From an uncultured Acidobacteriota bacterium (GTDB lineage Bacteria; Acidobacteriota; Terriglobia; Terriglobales; Acidobacteriaceae): a DNA stretch of 64,000 nt. Position numbers and translations under genes: made by a program. The first letter of the stretch is position 1. Each line of letters begins with the position of its first letter. The stretch covers positions 253,812-317,811 of the forward strand of contig CAWHLO010000003.1 of the NCBI GenBank assembly GCA_963830225.1. The letters are read 5' to 3'. Below the pieces are notes generated by a model. It ran no database searches and had not been told where the DNA came from. It saw nothing but the letters and a program-made list of their open reading frames with translations. Positions 38,363-48,461 of the stretch are shown one piece after another.

Positions 38363-38636
38363 GGGCCTGTTAACACTACAGGGATGGATGGCGTTGCGAG
38401 CGAAAATGGTCTCAGCCGAGGCGGAGGACGCAGACTTTGGTGATTCCAAGGCGAGGACGAGTCGCCGCGGCGACAAGGATGAGCCGATTTTCGCCGCAAC
38501 CCGAAGGGACGGGGCCGATTTTCCCGATTTCTGCGTCGATCGTCGCTAGCAGACACCCGGTATGCGTCACTCCTCACTCCTTGAACTCGAAAAAATCGGC
38601 TCCCGTCGCCCCCATTCCAGTAGTGTTAACAGGCCC
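38363..38636. mobile_element. MITE (274 bp) with perfect 17-bp TIRs and TA duplication
   Basis: TA-GGGCCTGTTAACACTAC ... GTAGTGTTAACAGGCCC-TA; no transposase; internal hairpins. Confidence 0.85.
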
Positions 38637-39176
38637 TAGATCACCTCTTAAATATGCGACCTCATGAATACTAACATCGAGATGCCTGTGCATGGCCATG
38701 AAGCACGAGCAGATTCTGCGCCGGTCACTTGAGGAGGAGCGCTCGAACGACATGGTCGATGCATTCTCATTGCGCAGAGTAGCTATGGAAACGCAGAAAT
38801 ACCCTCTGCAGTCTGAGAAGGGTTCTCTGGATGCGCCACGACTGGAAAAGGCATAATCGACGAGGCTTTTACGGGTCTTTGAGATCGCACGATGGTAATC
38901 AAACAAATTAGGAATGGTAATAGTTACCTTTCTAATCCTACGATTACATCATGATTACTGAAGTCTCAAGAACGCATGAGGGCTTCTTGAAGATGTTGTA
39001 TTTCTTGTTCCCTGGATCTCTCCCTCCGGTCCCGCTTCTGGGGTAAGCGGTTACACCGGAATCCAGCGCTGAACAATAGTCGGCTTTCAAAGTGCTCCGT
39101 AAAGGGTTTGCGGAGCAAAGGGGATGTCTTTGTCTTATTTTTCGGCGGATGGAGCGCGGAATCCGGAGGGATTGAA

Positions 39177-40520
39177 ATGAAGAACTGGAAGGACGAAAGC
39201 GGCCAGCTGCTGGTGGTAACCTCACTCAGCCTGCTGGTGGTGCTTGGCATCATGGGGATGGGTCTCGACGCCGGCATGCTCTTCCACGCCAAGCGCACAG
39301 TACAAATCGCTGCTGATGCTGCCGCCGTAGCCGGCGCGCTGGATTACAGGTACAACAACGACAAGCAGTCGGCGATTGCGGCGGGCCAGGACGCTGCCGC
39401 GCAAAACGGTTACACCAATGGCAAGGATGGAGTTACTGTCACCATCAATATGCCACCGAAATATGGTGATCTCAAGGGTCTCAACGGGTATATCGAAGCG
39501 ATCGTCCAGGCTCCAAGTCCGACTTTCTTCCTACGGACACTTGGTTTCCATTCTGTCAACATTGCCAGCCGTGCGATCGCCGGCACCGGATCCACCTATG
39601 CCTGCATTTGGGCGCTGGACAGGTCCGGAAGCAGCGTGTCCATCAAGGGATCTGCTGAATTATATACGCCCAAGTGCGCCATTTACGATGACTCGTCATC
39701 CGCTTCTGCGCTGACGCTCACCGGAGGCGGCGCCATTACTGCGAAGTCCATCGGTATCGTCGGTGGCTATTCCTCGAGCAGCAACGGTTACCTTTCGCCG
39801 ACGCCAAGAACTGGGCTCGCTCCGGCTGCCGATCCACTTGCCGGCCTGGTTGCGCCGACGGTTTCCACGGCCACCTGTTCGAACAGCAGTTGCAATGTTT
39901 CCGTTTCCGGCGGTTCGAACATCACTCTGTATCCCGGAACATACGGATCCATCAGTAACAGCGGAAGCGGGACGATCACGTTCGAGCCCGGGAACTACAT
40001 CATAACCGGCAGCGTATCGAGCTCTTCGAACGGGGGTATTGTTTTCGGCTCCGGCAACTACACCATCGACGGAAATCTTTCCGACACTGGTGGCTCCTAT
40101 ATGACCTTCGGAACCGGACTCTATATTGTCGGGGGAACTCTCAAGCTCGCCGGGTCCGGCAGTATCACTGGCGATAGCGTGACTTTTTATACCGAAGGCA
40201 GCACAAGCATCGCGGGCGGAAGCAACCTGTTACTTAAAGCTCCAACCTCGGGCACATACAGCGGCATACTGATTTTCCAGGCAAGAAGCGACTCCCAAAC
40301 GCTGAGCGTCGCGGGCGGAAGCGGATCGACGGTTGAAGGTATTCTCTATGCGCCCACGGCAGCAGTAACTCTAAGCGGTAGCAGCACGGGAACTGCCATG
40401 TCCCTCGACATTGTTTGCGACACGCTGACGGTGACCGGCAACGGTACCTTCACAAACTCAAATTACGCAGAGGATGTAAATCACAACTCAGTGCTTTCCA
40501 AAACCATCCTCGTGGAGTAA
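39177..40520 (+). CDS. TadG-like pseudopilin/adhesin
   Basis: KDESGQLLVV prepilin motif, TM, Q.AADAAAVAGA; Gly/Ser/Thr-rich beta-helix-like C-terminus. Confidence 0.82.
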   Translation: MKNWKDESGQLLVVTSLSLLVVLGIMGMGLDAGMLFHAKRTVQIAADAAAVAGALDYRYNNDKQSAIAAGQDAAAQNGYTNGKDGVTVTINMPPKYGDLKGLNGYIEAIVQAPSPTFFLRTLGFHSVNIASRAIAGTGSTYACIWALDRSGSSVSIKGSAELYTPKCAIYDDSSSASALTLTGGGAITAKSIGIVGGYSSSSNGYLSPTPRTGLAPAADPLAGLVAPTVSTATCSNSSCNVSVSGGSNITLYPGTYGSISNSGSGTITFEPGNYIITGSVSSSSNGGIVFGSGNYTIDGNLSDTGGSYMTFGTGLYIVGGTLKLAGSGSITGDSVTFYTEGSTSIAGGSNLLLKAPTSGTYSGILIFQARSDSQTLSVAGGSGSTVEGILYAPTAAVTLSGSSTGTAMSLDIVCDTLTVTGNGTFTNSNYAEDVNHNSVLSKTILVE

Positions 40521-40522
40521 AC

Positions 40523-41014
40523 ATGAAAAACTCAGAATCTCGCCAACGCAGGAGTGCGCGCCAGGTACTGCGGGCGTGCTTGAAAAAGTTGCATTGTGAG
40601 CGGGGACAGTCCCTCATTGAACTGGCCTTCTCCGTTCCCGTTATTGCGATGCTGATTTTTGGATCAGTTGAGGTCGCAAGAGTCATCTACGCGTCCGTCG
40701 AAGTATCCGATGCAGCCATGGCCGGGGTCCAATACGGCACGCGCAACCCCATAACGGCTGCAGATACCGTCGGCATTCAGAACGCTGCCGCGGCGGATGC
40801 TTCCAACCTGTCGCTCAGTACAAACTCGTCGCTTTCCTGTATCTGCTCCGACGGCTCGGCTTCCACCTGTCAGCCAACCGACTGTGCGACTTCCAACATT
40901 GAAACCATCCTTACCGTGAAGACCCAAAGCACCGTGGATCCCCTGATCCATCTGCCGGGTCTGCCTGACACGTTCACCGTACATGGCCAAGCCATACAGA
41001 AGGTGCTCCAATGA
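40523..41014 (+). CDS. TadE-like pseudopilin
   Basis: ERGQSLIELAFSVPVIAMLIFGSVE..., AAMAGVQYG. Confidence 0.85.
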   Translation: MKNSESRQRRSARQVLRACLKKLHCERGQSLIELAFSVPVIAMLIFGSVEVARVIYASVEVSDAAMAGVQYGTRNPITAADTVGIQNAAAADASNLSLSTNSSLSCICSDGSASTCQPTDCATSNIETILTVKTQSTVDPLIHLPGLPDTFTVHGQAIQKVLQ

Positions 41015-41589
41015 ATCTGACGAATCTTTGCACCTCAGAATGCGCCCATTCTTTCATACAGCAGCGTCGGGACCGCAAGCGTTTCTTCCGTCGGCTCATA
41101 CCGCTGCGCCGGCGGTTCACGAGCGAGACCGGCAGTGCGCTAATCGAATTCGCACTCTCCGTCCCCATCCTCTTTATGCTGCTGATTGGTTTCTGTCAGG
41201 TATGCGTCGCCATCTACAGCAACTTCTGCATCACCGAAATGGCCCGCGACACTGCTCGTTGGGCGTCGGTGCGCGGCTCCAATTCCTGTGCCGACGCTCC
41301 GGGCATGGATAGTTGCGATGCAACCGCGGCCGACATTCAGGCCGAAGCCCGGAAGGTTGCCTATCCCGGAATCGATACCAGCAAGATATCCGTCTCGACT
41401 GCCTGGCTTCAGGCTGACTCCACCGACTCGGTCACCTGGTCCGCATGCACCCAAGGCTCGGCAATCTGCAATGCGCCCGGCAATGCCGTACAAGTCACGC
41501 TCAGCTATCCATTCCCAATTGACATCCCAATGGCGAGTTCAGAAAACCTCAATTTTAGCGCCACCTCGCAAATTGTGATTGTGCAGTAA
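41011..41589 (+). CDS. TadE-like pseudopilin
   Basis: ETGSALIEFALSVPILFMLLIG..., ARDTARWASVRG; ATGA overlap. Confidence 0.85.
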   Translation: MNLTNLCTSECAHSFIQQRRDRKRFFRRLIPLRRRFTSETGSALIEFALSVPILFMLLIGFCQVCVAIYSNFCITEMARDTARWASVRGSNSCADAPGMDSCDATAADIQAEARKVAYPGIDTSKISVSTAWLQADSTDSVTWSACTQGSAICNAPGNAVQVTLSYPFPIDIPMASSENLNFSATSQIVIVQ

Positions 41590-41774
41590 CGTGCTGATCT
41601 TCGTCTCGCCAAGCAGAGGCCGCTGCGCCAGCGCTTGACTGAAAGGGAACGCGCAGCGGAGAGGTTCCGATCTTTGCTATAAGCATCTTGATTCCGGAGG
41701 ACGCTGGATTTCTCTCTGTAACAACCGGAAATTGCAGCCTGAGCCCACGATGATGGCCCAACTGCTTCTGGAAC

Positions 41775-41808
41775 CATGGGATCAGCAGCAAAGCAAACTG
41801 ATCCCATG
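41775..41808. terminator. Hairpin between convergent tadE and GH78 genes
   Basis: CATGGGATCAG-N12-CTGATCCCATG perfect 11-bp stem. Confidence 0.55.
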
Positions 41809-41855
41809 TCTTTAATGAATTCCACGGCAAATCGGAAGCCCGGAATCCTGTGCGG

Positions 41856-44363
41856 TCAGTCTGCAGTCACTACATACTCCCCCGCGCCATGCAGCATTAC
41901 CACGGCACGTTTGCCTTGTTCCGTCGGAGTGCTTGCCACCGGTTTCGCGTTTACCATCACCTTGGCACCGGGCACCGGGACAGGAACGGAAACTCGTGCT
42001 TCGACTCCTGCAGGAAGGTCAATCGTGGTTGTATAGCCGTTGTTGTTACGAATCGAAACGCTAAGCAGTCCGTGTGGCGTCGGTTCGCCCCCCTTGGCCC
42101 ACTGCAGTCCCAGTAGGTCGGGCCGAATATTCACCTTCGCGAATCCTCCTGCCGTAGGCTGAATTCCAAGTACCTGTGTCATCAGCCATGGCGTCACGCC
42201 GCTCGACCAGCCATGGGCCAGGCTCACTGCGAAACCAGACATGTTATCCGCCTGCAAGGATTCGTGAAATCTGAAGCCCTTGTACCAACTTGGATCGTAG
42301 CCCTCCCAGAAGCTCGTCGCCCCTTCCTGAACCATGCCGCCCCAATACTGGCGAATCCAGTTGAGCGCCGCTCTGCGATGTCCCATCTCTGCCATTGCAG
42401 TCACCACGTAGAAGTTGTAGTACGGGGTGATGATGTAAGGGTTGTATTTAACGTGCCCCACCTCCGACAGGGAGTTATGCCAGATACTCGCGTACTGATC
42501 CTTGTTGGCTATGCCTGAAATCACGGCAAAAGCGTTCGGCTGCCAGCGCTCTCCGAAGGATCCCTTGGAGTCACGCATGTATTGTTGCGCTGCGGCTTTA
42601 AGCGCATCCGCTTTCTCTTCCATCCGTTTCGCGTTCGCTTCATCATGGAGCACGTTCAGCAGATATGCCCCATCTCTGAACGCTGCATAATACTCAAACT
42701 GAGTTGCCATACGGGTCTGTGCGTCATAGCTATTCATCTCCGGCGACCAGTCAACAAATGGCCAGGCATGAGACAAATCGGAAAAGAGATTCTGATCATT
42801 CAAATCCTTCTCCATGTATTCAAGCAACTGCACCAGACGGCTGTGCACACTTTCCAGTTGCTTCATTGAGCCGGTGTGCAGGTAATATTCCTTTTCACCC
42901 GTTACCCAAAACGCTGAATATCCCGGGATGCCGTTCACATGCCGCTTAACTGGTGCGGAGCCAATCAACCGATTCAGCGTGTCCTCCATAAGGAAGTGAT
43001 CGCCGAATACGTCATCGATGGTTCGCCCGCTCACATCGAGATCCCCCATCCAGCGATTACGATCCCGCTTCGGCGCGTCCCAAATGTCGTCCTGCATGCA
43101 CAGGTGCGCAGTGTTTGCGCCAATGGTCCACATCTTGTTCAACTCAGGATCGGAAGATTCGAACGAACCCTGATACTTTACCGGATACGCAATTCCATCC
43201 AGGCGAATGGCGCGGAACGCAGTCTCACGTCCTCCTGTGAATCGGACAATCGCATAGCGAAAAGCGCTCTTTGGCCCGTATGCCGTGCCATGCGGGGGAA
43301 GATAAACCGGATCGATTCCCAGATACGGATCTCTCATTGTTTCCGCTTCCGATTCACCATACTGCACCGTAACTTCTGCCGGCGCATTCGAATCTGACTG
43401 AAGTTCTAACCGTCCGTTTACCTCGCGTCCAAAATCCAGCAGCACCTGTGGCGCATTGTGAAAGGAGACGCGCTCTTCCGGCAGGGTTACCGTGAATTCG
43501 CCTGCGCCTGACTTGCCGGTCAGTACCTGGGCATTCTTGATCTCGCCGGCGCCACCATAGACCCTGCTGACCTTCATGGCGTTCAAGGCGTAATGCGCGA
43601 GGAAGGGCGAAATCCCGTCGTAGCCCGGCCATGCGTACATGCCCGCATCCGCATTCGCCTGGAACAGGTCGATTGAGCTCTCAATGCCACCCTCGTCAAC
43701 CACGCCTGGCCAGTTGGCGTCATTGAAGTGCAAGCTCTGCCAGTCCGCCGGTGCATCTTGCATGGATGCCTTCCACTGCGCATCGCTCATCACCAATGGC
43801 TCAGCCTCTAGCCCCCTCGCAGCCGGAACAATCATTGCGGCCAGCACGTCTCCGTGCCTCAAGTCTCGGCTTATCGGGTCCCCAGCTTCATTACCCGCGT
43901 GCGGACCGCGCTCAGCCTCGATCGCGAGCACATTCTTGCCGGCCCTGAGTGCACTCGCCACGTCACATTCGTAGACGCGAATCCCCATGGGGAAATCCAG
44001 ATTAAGCTGATAGTGCCCTGCTTCTTTTCCGTTGAGGTAAATAGTCGCTTCGCGGGGCCCGGCCACATAGAGCGTGGCATGCGCCGGAACACGATTCAGC
44101 TGAAAGGTGCGCCGGAAATAATGTGGAACAAGGCCTTTCTTAGCCGTTGGCTTTGGCGTTCCAGCTTTTGTCCATATGTATTGCTCCGGTAGCGGCTTGT
44201 GGATTCGCGATTCCAACGCTGCTGACTGCAAGTTTCGCGCAGGATCCAGTTGTGCATTCGGAATCTTCGTCGGCCCGTTTGCTGGATTCCCCATCTGTGC
44301 AACCGCCGGAACGCTCGCGGCAGCAAAGAATACCAGTGACACAATTCCCATGATGCGATGCAT
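41856..44363 (-). CDS. Secreted alpha-L-rhamnosidase (GH78)
   Basis: Signal peptide; LLDFGREVNG, FESSDPELN.MW, DAPKRDRNRWMGD, FVDW, GATSFWE, SLAHGWS. Confidence 0.88.
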   Translation of the reverse strand: MHRIMGIVSLVFFAAASVPAVAQMGNPANGPTKIPNAQLDPARNLQSAALESRIHKPLPEQYIWTKAGTPKPTAKKGLVPHYFRRTFQLNRVPAHATLYVAGPREATIYLNGKEAGHYQLNLDFPMGIRVYECDVASALRAGKNVLAIEAERGPHAGNEAGDPISRDLRHGDVLAAMIVPAARGLEAEPLVMSDAQWKASMQDAPADWQSLHFNDANWPGVVDEGGIESSIDLFQANADAGMYAWPGYDGISPFLAHYALNAMKVSRVYGGAGEIKNAQVLTGKSGAGEFTVTLPEERVSFHNAPQVLLDFGREVNGRLELQSDSNAPAEVTVQYGESEAETMRDPYLGIDPVYLPPHGTAYGPKSAFRYAIVRFTGGRETAFRAIRLDGIAYPVKYQGSFESSDPELNKMWTIGANTAHLCMQDDIWDAPKRDRNRWMGDLDVSGRTIDDVFGDHFLMEDTLNRLIGSAPVKRHVNGIPGYSAFWVTGEKEYYLHTGSMKQLESVHSRLVQLLEYMEKDLNDQNLFSDLSHAWPFVDWSPEMNSYDAQTRMATQFEYYAAFRDGAYLLNVLHDEANAKRMEEKADALKAAAQQYMRDSKGSFGERWQPNAFAVISGIANKDQYASIWHNSLSEVGHVKYNPYIITPYYNFYVVTAMAEMGHRRAALNWIRQYWGGMVQEGATSFWEGYDPSWYKGFRFHESLQADNMSGFAVSLAHGWSSGVTPWLMTQVLGIQPTAGGFAKVNIRPDLLGLQWAKGGEPTPHGLLSVSIRNNNGYTTTIDLPAGVEARVSVPVPVPGAKVMVNAKPVASTPTEQGKRAVVMLHGAGEYVVTAD

Positions 44364-44662
44364 GAATTCTCCTCACCTTCTACTTTATGAATCTATGAAC
44401 TTGAATCGGAAGCGATCGAACGTCAAAGCCTTTGACGTCTCTTTAGAAAGCCTACCTCCGGGCAGGCAACTTGCGAAAGTGCTCTTCCCGGAATCAGACT
44501 ACCGGCCTTTGGCAACAGTATTGGAGAAACGCATGAATTCCGAGATTCGGCACAGTCGTTGTCCTTAGATCAGACAATCAGCGTTAGAACGGGACAGGGT
44601 TCCGGCGATGCCCCGCGGCAGCATTGGCTCCTATTCGCTTTCGGTCGAGACGCCAATCCCGT

Positions 44663-45556
44663 TCAGCGCATGGGGATCTGTTCGAGTTCCGCCGCCAGCG
44701 ATGCAATCGCGCGCGCCTGCGGATGACGACGCAGCCAGAGCAGCCGAAAGCCTTCCGATTGGAGCCTCGCACGCGGCATCAGTTGCCGCAGCCTTCCGCG
44801 CTTCAGGTCGTCTGCTACGGAATGCCGTGGAAGTACCGCGATACCGCGTCCCTGCAGAACGCGCAGGCGCACCGCGCCTACGGTTCCCAGGTATTCCACA
44901 CGCGCAAACTTCCAATCTGTGCTGCCTCCTGCCTGATCGAGGAAGTACCGGCAGAGGGGAAGGTCATCGTCAATATCGATAAGGGTGTGCAGTCGCGCAT
45001 CCGTGGAATTGCGAAGGGGGTGCTCGCGTACAAGCTCGGCAGAGCCGACAAATACGTATTTCTCCGTGTGCAGCACGTGGAAATCGAGCGAGCCCTCGGC
45101 AATGCGCGAACTGGTCAGCGCGCAGTCGATCCGGCCCTGACGAAGCCGCGCAAGCAGATCCGCACCGTCGCCGAAGTGCAGATGCAGGGTGCGCCAGGGA
45201 GCCGAAGCCTCCAACCGGGGAAGCGCTGGAACCAGCCAGGAGAGGCCGAGCTCAAACCTGGTCCCGACCCGCAACTCGATCGGCGCCTGCTCAGATTGAC
45301 CGCGAACCACCTGCCGGCATTGGGCATTGGCCTCGAGCAGCTTTCGCGCATGAGGCAGAAGGCACTCACCTGACGGTGTGAGCTGAACAGAACGCGTACT
45401 GCGGTCCAGTAATCGCTCGCCCACCTGATCCTCGAGTTGGCGAATACGAAAGCTCACCACCGATGGTGACATCGCCAGCCGTTCCGCAGCCGCGCGAAAA
45501 CTCAGCGCGGTGGCAACCGCGTCAAAACACCGCAGGCAATCCATATCAATCAGCAT
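44663..45556 (-). CDS. LysR-family transcriptional regulator
   Basis: LRCFDAVA...SFRAAAERL.MS..VVS.RIRQLE..VG..LL.RSTRSV.LT.SG. Confidence 0.93.
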   Translation of the reverse strand: MLIDMDCLRCFDAVATALSFRAAAERLAMSPSVVSFRIRQLEDQVGERLLDRSTRSVQLTPSGECLLPHARKLLEANAQCRQVVRGQSEQAPIELRVGTRFELGLSWLVPALPRLEASAPWRTLHLHFGDGADLLARLRQGRIDCALTSSRIAEGSLDFHVLHTEKYVFVGSAELVREHPLRNSTDARLHTLIDIDDDLPLCRYFLDQAGGSTDWKFARVEYLGTVGAVRLRVLQGRGIAVLPRHSVADDLKRGRLRQLMPRARLQSEGFRLLWLRRHPQARAIASLAAELEQIPMR

Positions 45557-45569
45557 CGACCTTGCCTCA

Positions 45570-45590
45570 TTGTTCGATAATTCAAAACAA
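45570..45590. promoter_or_regulatory. Putative LysR recognition box
   Basis: TTGTT-N11-AACAA (T-N11-A dyad) between divergent lysR and tpl. Confidence 0.65.
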
Positions 45591-45708
45591 TCTTGTTCTG
45601 ATAATACCGATTCTCATTTTAATTATTTCCCAGTACTTTGTGAGTGAAGAGCCTCTTTCGTGCCAGGCAAGAGAGCGGCTGAGTCTCGATCGATTCGCGA
45701 GGAACGTC

Positions 45709-47124
45709 ATGAAACGAACCGCAAGCAAGCCCGAAATTGCCGCCCCAATCCTTACCCGCCGTTCCTGGGCCGAGCCCTGGAAGGTCAAAGTCGTCGAACC
45801 GCTCAAGATGACAAGCCTGCGCGAGCGGAAAAGAGCCATCGCGAAGGCGGGTTACAACACCTTTCTGCTCCGCTCCGAGGACGTGTATATCGACCTGCTA
45901 ACCGACAGTGGCACCAGCGCCATGTCGGATTCACAATGGGCCGGCATGATGTTGGGCGATGAAGCCTATGCGGGCAGCGCAAACTTCTACCATCTCGAAC
46001 AGGCGGTTCGACAGTTTTACGGCTATCGCTATATTGTCCCGACTCATCAGGGACGCGGCGCCGAGAATCTGATTTCGCGCATTCTCATCAAGCCTGGCGA
46101 CTTTGTCCCCGGCAACATGTATTTCACGACCACGCGCCTGCATCAGGAGTTGGCGGGCGGAACCTTTGTCGATGTCATCATTCCCGAGGCCCACAACCCC
46201 GAAAGCGAACACCCGTTCAAAGGAAATGTCGATCTGGATGCTTTCAAGGCATTAATCAGGAAAGTTGGCGCGAAGAAGATCCCGTATATCACAATCGGGG
46301 CCACCGTGAATATGGCCGGTGGGCAGCCAATCTCGATGGCCAACCTCAAAGAGGTTAGCGCTCTGGCACGGAAACATGGCATTCGTGTGATCCTCGATGC
46401 CACGCGTGCTGTCGAGAACGCGTATTTCATTCAGCAGCGTGAAAAAGGTTACAGGCAGAAATCCGTGGCCCGCATTCTCAAGGAACTCTGCTCCTTGACC
46501 GACGGCTGCACCATGTCGGGCAAGAAGGATGCACTGGTCAATATCGGCGGCTGGCTGGCCGTCAACGATTCTGACCTGTATGAAGAGGCGAGCAACCTGG
46601 TGGTGGTCTACGAGGGGCTTCATACTTACGGCGGTATGGCCGGGCGCGATATGGAAGCGATGGCGCGCGGCATCGTCGAAAGCGTGCAGGACGATCACAT
46701 CCGGGCGCGCATCGGCCAGGTAGAGTATCTTGGCCAAAAACTCATCGATTGGGGCATTCCGATCGTCAAGCCCATCGGCGGCCATGCGGTGTATCTGGAC
46801 GCCCGCGCCTTCTACCCACAACTGAACCAGGAAGAGTATCCGGCGCAAACCCTGGCTGCGGAACTCTACGAGAATTCCGGAGTGCGCGCCATGGAGCGCG
46901 GCATCGTCTCAGCCGGCCGCGATGCCAAGGGCAAAAACCGTCATCCCAGGCTGGAATTGGTTCGCTTGACCATTCCCCGCCGCGTCTACACGCAGGCGCA
47001 CATTGACGTGACTGCCGAGTCGGTCTTCGATCTGTGGCAGAAACGTAAAACGGTAAAGGGGTTCAGGATGACGTACGAACCGAAATACCTTCGTTTCTTC
47101 CGGGCGCGCTTCGAGCGGCTTTAG
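45709..47124 (+). CDS. tpl: Tyrosine phenol-lyase (beta-eliminating PLP lyase; tryptophanase family)
   Basis: GYNTFLL, IDLLTDSG, GDEAYAGS, THQGRGAE, GNMYFTTT, DGCTMSGKKD (PLP Lys), MERG (Arg as in TPL), LRFF (TPL-type, versus LRHF in TnaA). Confidence 0.8.
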   Translation: MKRTASKPEIAAPILTRRSWAEPWKVKVVEPLKMTSLRERKRAIAKAGYNTFLLRSEDVYIDLLTDSGTSAMSDSQWAGMMLGDEAYAGSANFYHLEQAVRQFYGYRYIVPTHQGRGAENLISRILIKPGDFVPGNMYFTTTRLHQELAGGTFVDVIIPEAHNPESEHPFKGNVDLDAFKALIRKVGAKKIPYITIGATVNMAGGQPISMANLKEVSALARKHGIRVILDATRAVENAYFIQQREKGYRQKSVARILKELCSLTDGCTMSGKKDALVNIGGWLAVNDSDLYEEASNLVVVYEGLHTYGGMAGRDMEAMARGIVESVQDDHIRARIGQVEYLGQKLIDWGIPIVKPIGGHAVYLDARAFYPQLNQEEYPAQTLAAELYENSGVRAMERGIVSAGRDAKGKNRHPRLELVRLTIPRRVYTQAHIDVTAESVFDLWQKRKTVKGFRMTYEPKYLRFFRARFERL

Positions 47125-47518
47125 ACCGCCTCGCAGTGTCCGATTCCCGAGTCTGGCAGTCCTTTTCAGCTTTTTCCGTGGCCTGCCGCAGCGCGCGTTT
47201 TGGGCTTGGCAGCAGGCAAGCAAAAGGGCTCGCGGCAAACCGCATGTGGGTGCAATTTTGGGTTCGATTGAGGCAGAATGTCGGGTCACATTCGCCGAGT
47301 TCATCGCTGCCTCTGCTCTGTTACCGAAATTTCTGGTAGAACCATCTCGTTTATTTTCATTGAGATAGATCCATTCAATCGCGTGACGTAGCCGCGACCT
47401 CCATTTTCGGGTCGAATTTGGGATTCGATTGGGAACTAAGGCTTCAAAACGGTGCTTCCTGGCGCTCTCCGAGCCATCACTTCTATTTAGAATCAACAAT
47501 TTACGAACTCTTCTTTAA

Positions 47519-47560
47519 CTGTCACGGCAGAGGCCGCGGGGGCGATCCCCGTCGTCCACG
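47519..47560 (+). pseudogene. Degenerate 3' half of tRNA-Asp(GUC), probable att relic
   Basis: CTGTCAC (anticodon loop) GGCAG AGGCC GCGGG ggCGATC CCCGT CGTCCAC G73; T-stem pairs, T-loop TT replaced by GG, 5' half absent. Confidence 0.7.
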
Positions 47561-48094
47561 GTATAAACCAAAAAGTCCACTTTTGGCAGTGGTTACTTCT
47601 TTCCCGTCTGGCTTAGGATGCTGAACGACCCATCTCGGAAACAGATCGGTAACTACGCCTCCCCAGGAGCCAGCTTTTCCTTCGCTCCCAGCCTGCCGAC
47701 AGATTCCATCGTCGTTTAGCAGTCGGCATACCAAAGAAGTTCCTTTGCCGTGTAAATAGTGGTCTCGCGCTTGAGAAGCATGATATCCAACACCGAAACG
47801 TCGACTTCACAAGGGATCTCAGCAACATTCAAAGGGCTCCGTCACCAGCAGGCGGCAGGTGGTGCTTCAACCTGAAGCGGGAGAATATTTTTGAGTAAAC
47901 GCTTTCTTGATCCCAATTCAAACCTTCGGTTGACTCTTGAATCAAGGGCCTCACAGGCCATCAAAACCGGCATTTCAGACAATTTTGGCACCCTTCTTTA
48001 GTAAACATATGATCCCGAATAAACCGTTTTAACGTCCAAGCGGATTCTCGCGCTGCGGGCATTGGTGAGAACCCAAGTCAGGAAAAATTTTCCC

Positions 48095-48108
48095 TTGACA
48101 AGGGTCAA
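48095..48108. promoter_or_regulatory. TTGAC-N4-GTCAA palindrome overlapping a TTGACA -35 upstream of TBDR 2
   Basis: TTGACAAGGGTCAA. Confidence 0.4.
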
Positions 48109-48461
48109 AGCAAACTAGTAAAAAGATTCGATGGTTGAGAAAGCGGTTTCCTTCTTGTTTCCGCGTGGCGGTCGCTTTATCAATCAGTGGGCTACGCAAC
48201 AAAGCAGTTCTTATGCTGTGTGTTTTGTCGTCGTTAGGGTTAGTTTGCAGTCGGACTTCTGATTTGATCGGGAAGCAATTTGACTTCCCGGCAGGCATCC
48301 TGAACATTTTTGCAGTTGAGGGTTGAGGGAGTTCATTCCATTGGGTCGAACTCCGTAGGTCAACTTCCCACACTGCATGACGTCCTTTGGCAGCGAATTT
48401 TCGCTTGCCGGAAGAAAATGTCATGCCATGTGTGGGCGAACAACTCTTTGCCAGGAGGCAA

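Noticed and set aside
38693-38857. About 54-aa + ORF (MAMKHEQILRR...) considered as a Flp pilin
   Set aside because: No G/xxxxEY prepilin motif or hydrophobic helix
44460-44475. GGGCAGGCAACTTGCG sigma54-like -24/-12 spacing
   Set aside because: Points into the 3' end of the opposing lysR gene with no gene to drive
45463-45708. N-terminal extension of the tpl ORF or a tnaC-like leader
   Set aside because: Overlaps the lysR start and operator; homology begins near ATG 45709; no Trp/Tyr-rich leader peptide seen
47232-47265. GGCAAACC...GTGCAA, resembling a c-di-GMP-I riboswitch
   Set aside because: No GNRA tetraloop/receptor or P1; better explained as part of the att-flanking repeats
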